NCBI GenBank assembly: GCA_951406725.2
Contig: OX597814.1
Span: forward strand, 52,328,001 to 52,392,000
Direction of reading: 5' to 3'
DNA: 64,000 nucleotides
Source: Octopus vulgaris
Lineage: Eukaryota
Shown piece after piece: positions 52,990 through 64,000 of the stretch (positions are counted from its first letter, which is position 1; the number at the start of each line of letters is the position of its first letter). Position numbers and translations under genes: made by a program. The notes beneath the pieces were generated by a model. That model ran no database searches. It was given only the letters and a program-made list of their open reading frames with translations, and was not told the origin of the DNA.

Positions 52990-53640
52990 CATATGATGTA
53001 TTCAAAGTAAGCTATGGATACACGAGATATAGTGGAATCACAGACTTGCCTGGAGGACTTACTAGAAGTAGTTGATAGCTTTTGTTACCTAGGAGATGTA
53101 ATTATCAAAAGAGGTTTTTGCTCTTAAAGTATAATGTCAGAGAAAGAACAGGTTGGAGAAAGTTCAGGAAGCTACTACTGCTGCTGACAACAAATATTTC
53201 TTTCCCCTTACAGTGAAGGGCAGATTGTATGATGTTTATGCTAGAAATGTTGTGTAGTAGTGAGACATGGGACTTGAATACTGAGGACTTGAGAAGACTG
53301 GAAAGAAATGAAAGAAGCTTACTTCCATTTGTAAGTGTGTATGAAAAACAAACAAATGAGCTGAGACAAAAACTGTGTATAGGAGGTACTGAAACAGGTT
53401 TCAGATATAGTGTGCATTAGTATAGACGTGTGATGCATATAGATGAGGACAGCTGTATAAAGATGTGTCAATCATTTACTGTGGGTGGAGCTTGTGAAAG
53501 ACGGACATCGAAGAAGACATGGGATAAAATGGCAAAGGCTGACCTTAAGAGCCTGAGTTTCATGGAGGAAATGACAAAGGACAAGGATAACTGGCAATGC
53601 ATGATTCTTAAGAAGTCCTGCCCACTTAGATGAAACTGAG
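52990..53640 (+). mobile_element. RTE/BovB-like LINE 3' fragment
   Basis: LEVVDSFCYLGDVI, GWRKFRKLL, SSETWDLNTEDLRRLERNE and RRTSKKTWD motifs. Confidence 0.8.
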
Positions 53641-55324
53641 TTCTGGAAGCGGTGTGTGTGTGTAATGCACAAATGGGCCCTTCACCCAATCTCCTCCTCA
53701 AGTAACTTCCCAAGCAGCTATTATCCCTGTTACTGCAGCTCTCACTTGATACTACTTGTTTCTCTTAAAATTGGGAACCATTTCACTTGTTATCCATTCT
53801 TCATCCATTAATACTGTCCTCTTCCCTCACACTCTTCCCATTGGACCATCAAATCATCTTTTTTCCTTCACTACCAATATGCCCCTCACTCTCCTCTTGC
53901 ACTACACTTCTTTCTCTCTCCCCTATTTCTGCAAACTGCCCAATCATATATCATTGCTCTCTCATCCCCCTTCTGTCTGCTGTATTACCATTACTATCCT
54001 ACTCTGTTCACCAACTTTCTTTTGCATCTCCTTACTTCCTAAAATTCATGCATCACTGGTCATCCCCCACCCATTATCCACCATTCACTACATCTACCTC
54101 CAACCCTACCCAATTTCTACAGGTGTTGTCCACCTCCTCTTCCTTCACCAATTCCCCTCTTTGCTTGCTCCCTCATATATGCTTGCAAACCCCCACCTGC
54201 CTACACTTCTAGTTCTGTTTCCACTTTTTTTACTCACCTCACTCTTTGAGGGACCACCTGGACACCTCATCATTGTTATTTTATCTCTTTCCAGCTCTAA
54301 TAGTTCATTCTCACACTCTCTTCAAAGCATGAATAGCCTTGTATATAGGAAGAAAAACCTGTTCTGCTCCCCATCTTGTAGCATAAACTACCACCCTTGC
54401 TCGGGGTTCATGGTATTATAAGCAGTATGGTGACCTCACTAGTGCTGGTGGAAGGTAAAAAGCACCCAGTACATATTGTTAAGTGATTGGCATTAAGAAG
54501 GGCATCCAGTTATAGAAACCATGTCAAAGCAGACACTGGAGCACATTGCAGTCCTTGGAGCCATAAGATCATGCCAAACTGTCCAACCCACCATACTAGT
54601 ATGGAACATGGATGTTAAATGGTAATAATGATGATGATGATGAACTTTTATAATGCATTTTAGACAGCAATTACAATATATACTTCTTTTTTTATATCTC
54701 TTAATACTATAGAAGATTATATATGAGCAATATTTTTTCCAGGATTTCAAAGTCCATAAATAAAGGTGTGCATTATACACAAGTGTATATTATATGCAAA
54801 TAAATGTAGTTCAAAAAATTAAATAACAGTAAGGAAACTTATCCTAAAGAGTATAAGAGAATAATGAAACAGAAAAATAAATTACCCAATGGAAAAAAAC
54901 TCCCTCATGCTGTAAAGCAACCTTATAAAAAAAAGAGTTAAGGAAAATAACTCAAATGGACCAATGGTGTGAATATAGATGAGTTAGGGGATGATGTACT
55001 GAATGGCATGTGCAAAAAATTCTCAATTAATTTAATTGGCATTTCCCTCTTAATTGGAGAAAGCAAACAAAAACTAAACAATTGTTCATGACTTATTTTC
55101 AACCTGTCTCTGGGCAATGTGACAATTCCATTTAATTAAGTTGGGTTGTAGTTAAATAAGATCAACTACCTTGTTAGTATTAATGAGTAGTTAAGAGAAA
55201 TACATACAGAATTATATTGCTTTTTTAACTGGAAGAATATACTTATAACTTAAAAGTTGAGTATTATATTAGGAATAATAATAATTTCTTACACCAGTGC
55301 AAAGTACAAATTTATAGAGGAGAA

Positions 55325-55735
55325 GCATCATCATCAGTATCATAACATTCACTTTTCTATATTTGCTTGGGTTGGACAGAATTTATTGAAACAGATTCTA
55401 TGTCCAGAAAGCCCTTTTTGTCACCAATCCTCAACTATTTCCAAATAAGGTGATATTTCTCAATGACCAGACATGTTTCCAAAATGTATTGGAAATGAAG
55501 GATACCACAATGACACTCATTTACAACTAACCTGTGATGTCAAGGCAAGGAGGCAGTACTCCACCCCCTGTATGTACACACATACACACACAAACACGTG
55601 CACAAACACACACACATGCATATGGTGGGCATTTTTCAGTTTCTGTCAACCAAATCTACTCAGAAAGCTTTGGTGAGTCCAGCGCTATAGAAGACACTTG
55701 ATTAAGATGCCATGCAGTAGGACTGAATTGGGACT
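55325..55735 (-). mobile_element. SINE
   Basis: Same family blocks as the 11985 copy. Confidence 0.7.
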
Positions 55736-56471
55736 AAACAACAAGAGCAAAAACTTGTTTGTATTATATGAAGAGAAATTGTAATTTTATCAGCTTGAAT
55801 ACATAGGCAGCAATATAATACATTTGGTAAGCATTGCAAGGGTCAAATGGAGAATGAGAAAAGGGAGAAGCAGAAGGATTGTTATAATATGCAATATAGC
55901 TAAAATGGTCCTTTTAAATATAAAATGGTTGTGATTCTCTGTGGCTTGTTAATTATGGCTTTTGTATCCAGCAGTCGGTGTCACTAATATTTTAGTGAAC
56001 TTATTTCAATTTACATTTCTGATACACAGGGAGAATGACTATCTGAGAAGATAGCCATATCTGTTTCAAATAGAGAAATATTTTAAGTAGAAAGCAGTTC
56101 AATGACAAAACAGGTTTTCTTTTACAAGAGACACATCTTTAATGATTTCTACTTTTCTCCTTGACATATAAAACACTGAACCAAATGAGACCTGTTCTGA
56201 ATATATTCTGTATATGTGTGTTTGCGTAATATCCACAAACACATACATACAATGTTCTAGTTGTTTGAACAATGGAACTCCCCGTATGTTGCTTATAATG
56301 TAAGAAGGTGAGCATTCCACAAATACTTGTGTTCTTAATGTAATATACTCAATTAGAATCAGTGTGACATGGCAGAGGCCTCCACACAGTTTCTGTCTAC
56401 CTAATTTCATTTACAAGACAAGGCTTAGGTGGAATCTCTTATGCATGTATTATGTATGAATGCGTAGGTAC

Positions 56472-56512
<41 letters not shown>

Positions 56513-57384
56513 TACACATCATCATCGTTTAATGTCTGTTTTCCATGCTGCCATGGGTTGGATGGTTTGACAGGAGCTGGTCAGCTAGAGAGGTGTCCAG
56601 GCTCCAACTGTCTTTTGGTAGGGTATATTCTATATTCAGTGTCTTTCGACTTTTCAGTGTACTTAATTTTTAGTTTATATATCATACATGTATATATCTA
56701 AATAGATATATATGCTAGTATATATATCTTCACAGATTAAATGATCCACAATAGAAACCCTTGAAGATAGAGAACTGTCCAATCAATGTTGCATGGAAAT
56801 ACAAACATTAAAACATGAATGATAATAATAAGAATACAAATACACATTTTACTATTTTAATTTATTTCCTTTGTAATAGAACTTCCGAGAAAACAAACTA
56901 TTTAAAGTGGTTTGTCAACTGTAAATAAGTAGATCTATGACTAACACTTCAAATTTAAGTGCTGTATTGTCATTCTTCTTAAACAACAGCACCTTTCAAC
57001 CTTTCTCCATTTTCACAATCTTGCCCAATTTGTGTGCAGTAAAAAGATGCACTAAATGTGTGAAGTAATGAAAAAATAAAAAAAATGAAAACAAATACTA
57101 ACTCGTATATAACAGATTTCAAGAAACAAATGTTATTTAAATTTGTAATACTTAAACGTTCGTTTTTGTTATGTATCATTAAATTCTGCATCTTAAATCA
57201 CAATTGCGACCAGTGAAGACCAATATGATAAAACTACAATCATAGATACATATTATTACAAGGAATGCGATATGTTAATACGCTGCTAGTACAAACCAAT
57301 GTTGTTATGTATACTTTTGACTATAATACATTCAAACTCTATTAACACTTTTGACTATCCAAATTAGGTGGATGGAAATACAAA

Positions 57385-57815
57385 ATAGCTGTGTGGTTAA
57401 GAAGCTCATTTTACAACCATGCAGTTTTGGGTTCAGTCCCACTGTGCAGCACCTTGGTCATGAATCTTCTATTATAGCTTTTGGACAAACAATGCATTGT
57501 GAGTGGGTTTGATAGACAGAAACTGTAAGGAAGTCCATAATATGTATTGTATATATGTACATAAAAGGGGGTACACATGCATGTGCACATGTGTGTGTGT
57601 GCGAGCATGCACATATGTGTGTGTCCCACCACCACTTGACAACTGGTGTTTGTTTGTTTACATTCCTGTATCTTAGCAGTTCAGCAAAAAAGAACAATAC
57701 AGTAAGTACTAGACTTCAAAAATAAGTACTGGGGTCAATTTCTCTGAATAAAATTTTCAAGGTGGTAACCTCAGCATGGCCATAGTCCAATGAGTGAAAC
57801 AAATAAAAGATAAAA
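57385..57815 (+). mobile_element. SINE
   Basis: Head gctgtgtggttaagaagc, with a body like the 13215 copy. Confidence 0.78.
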
Positions 57816-57946
57816 AAAAGCAAAGATCTTAGATAAAGAAGATATGCATATTGCAAGTCAACACTTTTCAAGTAGATTTACAAATGTAGGAAAACATGGT
57901 AAAAGAATTATTCAAACTATTTCAATTATAGTCATCTCGTCTATAT

Positions 57947-59410
57947 CAGTGATTCCCAACGTGGTCCCTGGGGCCCACTGGTGGTCCCCAGAGAATTCAT
58001 AGCCATAAAAAAAATTGAAGCCATTTCAGATCTGTTATTCATTAAAAGTTTGTCTGAAACTACTAATGGAGAAGATATATTCAATGAAGTAATGCAGTAT
58101 TTTAATGATAAAAATATTCCATTGACTAATTTGATCAACATTGCATCAGATAGAGCTGCAGCCATGACTGGAAAAGTGAAAGGCTTTGTTTCTAGAATGA
58201 AATCAGTTGCTCCTCACATTTTTTATGTACATTGCATTATCCACAGACAGTATTTGGTTGCTAAGAATATTGGAGGACACATTGAAGAAGCACGCAACAC
58301 TGCCATACATGCAATTAACTTTGTCAAATCAAACTCAGTAAATAATAGATTTTTTATGCAATTCTGTGAAGATGAAGATTTGAAAACCCTGTTGCTTCAC
58401 ACAGAAGTAAGATGGTTGTCAAAAGGCCTGAGCCTTGAAAGACTAGTGAATTTGTACGAACAATTAATCAACTTTCTCATGTTCAAGAGTCAGATGACTC
58501 AATACAACTCCAAGAAGCAAGTTGATACAGTTAAGAAAATTTTGGAAAGTCTTTCTGAGTTTAAATCAAAAATATTCTACTTGAGTGATATTTTTAAAAC
58601 AGTGAATCTGCTTAACTTAGAGCTGCAAGGTAGAAAATCAGATTTGGTCACCTGTTCTCAGAAGATAAAAGGGTAGATGGGGAAATTAAAATTTTGGAAA
58701 AAACAGTTTGAAAAAAAAATTGGCATCATTTCAAAATTTTAACACCACTGTTCCTACATCAGAATGCAGTGCTGCATGCATTGCCCAACTTGAAGGTCTT
58801 CATGTAGACTTTGAGAGAAGATACAATGATTTATTAAAGGCGGACTATCCACTCTGGAGATGAAAATTTTGAGTTGGCTGAAACATTGTTGGATTTGAAA
58901 AAGAATATGAAACTGAGAAGAGTTGAAAAAGAAGATGTCATTGCCTACATAAAGGAAATATTCGTAGAAGCAAGCATCATATTTTTCCCTACCACATGGA
59001 TGGTAGAATCTGCATTTTCAGCTGTTGTAGATATTTTAAGTAAAAAAAGAAAGAAATTAGATGTCAACAGCAGAGGAACTATCAGACTAAGACTAAATGA
59101 GTTCATTGAAATTGATTATGATATCTTGCGTCAGAAACACCAATATCAAGCTAATCACTAGCCCTAAAATTGAACGACTTTATGAAAAAGGATTTTGATA
59201 GCTTGTGTTTATCTTTGTTTACTAAAATAAATTTTTAATTTTATCTTTTGTTTGCTAAAATAAATTTTAAAATGTAAATAGACTATTTTGTCTTTTCATT
59301 AAGTATTTTAGTGTGAAAATAGAACAGCATAAAGTAAAAGTAGAAGTGGTCCCTAGAAATTTTTTCAAGTAAAAAATGGTCCCTGGGCTGAAAAAGGTCG
59401 GGAACCACTG
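57947..59410 (+). mobile_element. hAT Buster/Charlie-type element, internally deleted
   Basis: TIRs CAGTGATTCCCAAC and (rc) CAGTGGTTCCCGAC. Perfect 8-bp TSD GTCTATAT (57939-57946 and 59411-59418) with the central TA typical of Buster elements. Confidence 0.95.
57981..59161 (+). pseudogene. N-terminally truncated Buster/Charlie transposase
   Basis: Motifs IASDRAAAMTG (D2), HCIIHRQ (CxxH), LLLHTEVRWLS and FPTTWMVESAFS (E). Stop at 58676, downstream frameshifts, and the first catalytic D region is missing. Confidence 0.9.
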
Positions 59411-59418
59411 GTCTATAT

Positions 59419-60880
59419 TATGGAACATTGTCCATGGATGGAAAAAATATACTTGTAGTCATAAATTATGGAGCAGCATGTGTCATGATTGGATTTAGTA
59501 AGGATATTAACTGTAAGCATCAGTTGTGTTACATATAAGGATTACATTTGGCTGGTTGTGATTTTCCTTACAAGAAACCTGAAGGAAACTGTGATGAGGC
59601 AAACAATGTTAATAAATGTGAGTGTACATTTGAAGATGATCAAAATGTGGTTAAAATATTATGTATTATGCATTGCAGTATACCAATTCACTGAAGTAAA
59701 TTCAAGCATTGATAATGTCATGTAAAAATGTGAGACTGATTGTCACTTTATTTCATAGGTCTCCAATTAAAAGATGAAATATTTCAGAAATCTCTTAAAG
59801 AGGACCATGACTATGAATTGCAATTAATCACTGATACTAAGGGAAGGTGGAATAGTTATTTGCAATGATTTGCAATGTTCCTTAACACTCTAGCATTCAT
59901 ACTACTCTGTCAAATGTAATGTTTATTTATTCACATTGTTTTGAATTAATCATGAATCATATAGCTTTGAGATATCGATAATGTGACTGTTTATTTTTAG
60001 AATGACAATGTAGAGTTGATATGAAGGGCTGAACCTGGCCAGTTTGAACAAAAAAAAACTGATAGAATATTTGGGCCAGATATGGCTAGTTTGAATGCGG
60101 AGGGGTTAGAAGCTGCAAAAGTTATAACCAACATGAAGTAACCGCTTGACTTTTCACACAATGAATTTAATGCTGTTCTTGCTGTTATATAAGCATTATC
60201 CAGTTAAAATTGGAATATAAAAACTAGATTGAAGGGATGAAGGAATGCAACCTTGATCTCTACAGAAGGTATATTTATTTTTTATTCTACAAGTGAACTG
60301 AAAAATACTTCAATGTGCCTCTTGACGAGAGAATGCATCAGGAAAAGAATTTGAACAGCAAAGAAATAAATGTTTAATAGAATGATGAAGTATTTAAATA
60401 CTCTTTTAATTTTGGATACATGACTCCTTTCTAATTTTGTCATTAGAAACTTCATTGCAAAATACTGCAAAGAAACCATATGAAAGAATGTTTGCTCATC
60501 ACTATGTCAGAAGAATCTCCTACACCCCATTCTGAAACTGACCCTATAATAAATAAAGTCTCCACTCCTTCAAAACAAATATCTCTATAACAGAGATTAA
60601 ATATTGCCATTAACAAAGCTGTTGTAAATCAACAAAGGATACTCAATCATCTTCTGATCCAAAAACATTATTAAAGAGAAGAGATGTGAAAATACTTGAA
60701 ATTACAGGACACAGAACTTGTAGAAACTCTTGCTTGTCCTCAGTACCAATCTTTCTGTTTCTACCAGATCAGAAGGGACTCTTTGTTATAAAACTGAGTG
60801 ACAACACCATCAAGAATTTATGCTTCTAGAAACAATACTATCACTCTGAGTGAAAGAAGTTTTAGTATTCAGAAAAAAAA
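59419..60880 (+). mobile_element. Ancient hAT transposase relic (hATm/hobo-like), interrupted by a MITE
   Basis: Fragments HQLCYI*GLHLAGCDFLYK (CxxH-like), ELQLITDTKGRWNSYLQ (TRWNS-like) and a degenerate C-terminal PTS/SE-like region near 60750-60785. Confidence 0.55.
59886..60105. mobile_element. piggyBac-like MITE (diverged)
   Basis: Homologous to the 12427 copy along its length. Left TTAA present, degenerate termini. Confidence 0.75.
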
Positions 60881-62311
60881 AAATTTTTGTTGTAAATTGT
60901 CAGTAATTTCTACACAAGCGCAATTTTTTTATGGAATAAATCTTGATGTTTCTTGCTTTAGAGTGTTCAAAACTCTAAATCATTAAATAAGAGCATTTGA
61001 AAATAAAAATAAACTAGGGTTTACTACTACGAATCTGGGGTGGAAGTAATGATTATTTGGATTGAAAGGGAGCTTCACTTGAACAGTATCTGAACTGCAA
61101 AAGGAGCTTATAACTATAGTAATATGGCAACACAGAAATAAAATTGTTTCAGTTTTGGCAGTTAAGTATACATTAATAAATACAACCAAAGAAGGAAGGT
61201 AATAAAGTTGATCCCTACCCTTTTTTTCCCCCCACCAAAAAAATGAATGGTACAAAAATAGTGGCACATGAAATACCATGAACAAAATGTTAATTTATGA
61301 AAATATTGATGAGATGTCTTAAAATTTTCCTCTATATTATTTAGCTTTTTATTTTACCCTTTAACAAGCATTTTTGTTCCATGCAAATAGGGAAATTGCA
61401 TTGCATTTAAAATATGCATTACTGGAGCAATTGTTAAAGCTGGATGCTATTCAGTTGTAAATTAAAAGGGTTTTTTTCTTAATTGGCTTAGATATATTTT
61501 CAATGTTTTAATAAATATGATGTTTAACTTATTTATTTATTCATTCAATAAATTTGAGCATTTGCATATTATTAAAGGTACTTTATGTAGGAAGGGGGTC
61601 TTTCATTTTTCTGATCACTTAAAAGTGAATGAAAGTAAATGTTCTCAGGTGAAGTGGTAATACAATAGTATTGAGATTGTAGTGATCAATAGATTGCCTT
61701 TTAACCTTAAAACTTTTAGGATCAAATGATAACAACTATTGTAATGGAAATTGCTTAGATACATAACCTATCTTATTTCATTCATTTTAACATCTATTTT
61801 CCTATACTATCATGGGTTAGATGAATATATCATTGAGGCATTGTTTCACAACTAGATGTTCTGCTTATCACTAACGCTTATCTGCTTATCAATCAAGCAA
61901 GGGTTGTTTTTGTCTCATATGTCTTTGAAGGCAAGCAGGCAATTTGTTGACAAACGAAGTGACAATAAAAGCATCACTTGCAGCAAGCGAGTTTCATAGA
62001 TTCCAAATGTAAACAAGCACATGTGCACACACACACTCCTGCAAGCATGTGCATGCACACACACACACACACATTCACCCATACACAAAATCCACTCACA
62101 AGGCTTTGGTTAGCCTAAGACTATAGTATAAAACACCTGCCCAGAGTGCCGTACAGTGAGACTGGACCTGATACCATATAGTTTGGAGGCAAACTTCTTA
62201 ACCATACATCTAAGAAGTTAAAGAATCTCTTATATCAACTACATTACATAACCTGAGACTCACTTTCATATTAGCAATCTCTTGTTATCAAATGACTATT
62301 TTCATCTATCT

Positions 62312-62314
<3 letters not shown>

Positions 62315-62373
<59 letters not shown>
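62315..62373. repeat. (TA)n microsatellite
   Basis: Direct reading. Confidence 0.95.
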
Positions 62374-62378
<5 letters not shown>

Positions 62379-63449
62379 CTCATCATCCTCATCGTTTAAC
62401 GTTTTCTTTCCATGCTGGCATGGGTTGGATGGTTTGACTGAGGACTGGCAAGCTCCAATCTGATCTGGCAAGGTTTCTGCCCTTTCTAACGCCAACTGCT
62501 CAGTGAGTTTAGTGGGTGCTTTTTTTACGTGCCACCGACATGGGAGCCAGTCAGGCAGCACTGGCATCGACCACGCTTGAATGGTGTTTTTTGCATGCCA
62601 CCAGTACTAGCATCAGCCATGCTCAAATGTTGCTTTTTACGTGCCACCAGCACAGGTGCCAGCACTGACATAGGTCATGACTACGATTTCACTTGACTCA
62701 ACAGGTCTTCTCATGCACAGCATATTGCCTGGCAATTGAGTGAGAGTTAACAGATGAGATGAAGAAAATTTTTACATAGAAAACACTTAGTAGCACTCAA
62801 AAGATTTGAACTTACACTCCAAAATCTTTACTGAGAACCAAGAAAGCTGGGTAAAGAGTGGTTATAAAGGGAATTCAAGTGAGCAGATATGGAGACAATG
62901 ATGCAAATAAACAGAAAAAAACTCCTTGGATTTGATGTACAGAATATATACACATGTATTCCTGTAAATAAAGAAAGGGCAAAGACTGAAAGATGTTCAG
63001 ATGATTAACATTCAAGTATAAATATATATTTACATATATATTGACAGAGCAAACTTACATTATATGGACTCAAAGAATTAGAGGGGAGAAAACATGGTGT
63101 TAAAAGCCTGACAGCTGTTTCTAGGGGTGCAGAGTAACTTTGTAATGTTGGCAGATATAGTTCACCATTACAACTAGTAATGGAAACAAACAAACATTGG
63201 AAAAAAACCCAACCTCCTTCTTCACAGTAGAGAGAAAAGAATCTAAACTAGGCAAACTGAATAGTCTGTCCGTGACTATACATAAGATAGTGTAAAAATC
63301 AACTGCTGGTATGTCCAGCTGATGCATACATAGGAATAAATTCATATATGAATTACAAGCAGTGCTAGTGTAGTAAACATTACTGAACACACATACTCAA
63401 TGTATGTACTTTGTTTGCCAGTAGGCTGCAATTTAAGGGTAACAAGTTC

Positions 63450-63583
63450 ATATGAACTTATTCTTTGTAAGCCTAGTACTTATTCTATCGGCCCCTTCTG
63501 CTAAACTGCTAAGTTACAGGGACGTAAACACACCGACATCTGTTGTCAAGAAATGTGAGGGGACAAACACAGCACACACACAA

Positions 63584-63618
<35 letters not shown>

Positions 63619-63752
63619 ACAGGCTTCTTTCAGTTTCTGTCAACCAAATCCACTATAGAAGAAGACACTTGCCTAAGGTGCCATGCTGTGGGACTGAGCC
63701 AGAAACCATGTTGTTGAGAAGCAAGCTTCTTACCACACAGCCACACTGTGCC
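63450..63752 (-). mobile_element. SINE
   Basis: gcaagcttcttaccacacagcc head (rc) with internal (CA)n. Confidence 0.78.
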
Positions 63753-64000
63753 TATATATATATATATTATATATATATATATATTTACTATTTGACTTTT
63801 GCAAGCTGTATAACAGTATTTTATTTGTTTCCTTGAAATTTCTATTTTACATATTATCTTTAGGTATTGCATTTGTGTGTAGAGTTTGATAAGCAATTGT
63901 AAAAATTATATAAATGTTAATTGTTGTTTTTCTTTCTAAATAAAAAAAAAATCAAACAAAACAAGATTTCACTTTAATTGTTGAAGTCTAAAAAGTATTG

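Noticed and set aside
53756-54421. 221-aa ORF
   Set aside because: CT-rich low-complexity sequence behind a LINE fragment (Leu/Ser/Pro/His bias). No domain or splice support.
56960-57090. Strong polypyrimidine acceptor upstream of the 49214 exon
   Set aside because: No frame gives RH1-like sequence and there is no good donor. A UTR or alternative exon cannot be excluded but is unsupported.

Overview
AT-rich eukaryotic genomic DNA, with no prokaryotic features. The tRNA-derived SINE families, (CA)n/(TA)n/(CAT)n microsatellites and TTAA-MITE resemble an octopus/coleoid cephalopod genome (inference from recalled repeat families, not a database hit). The window lies inside one large minus-strand gene of the RILP/RILPL1 family. 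Seven GT-AG exons splice in frame: 49055-49214, 20145-20180, 13640-13758, 9984-10205, 8984-9168, 5916-5969 and 3498-3611 (890 nt). They encode the end of RH1, the central coiled coil, the RH2 Rab-binding domain and the PVQGPINKEP motif. The first and last coding exons were not found in the window. The introns hold decayed transposons: three hAT elements, two mariners, RTE/CR1/Tx1-like LINE pieces, Penelope-like remnants, SINEs and MITEs. Most notable: a candidate recursive splice site (CAG|GTAAGT at 51241/51242), a 36-nt in-frame microexon, a ~285-bp intronic inverted repeat (possible ADAR substrate), and a TSD-flanked 172-bp insertion with a minimal hammerhead-ribozyme-like motif. I see no convincing wholly new multi-gene system. 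Most ORFs in the supplied track are spurious. Repeat boundaries are approximate unless TIRs/TSDs are cited.
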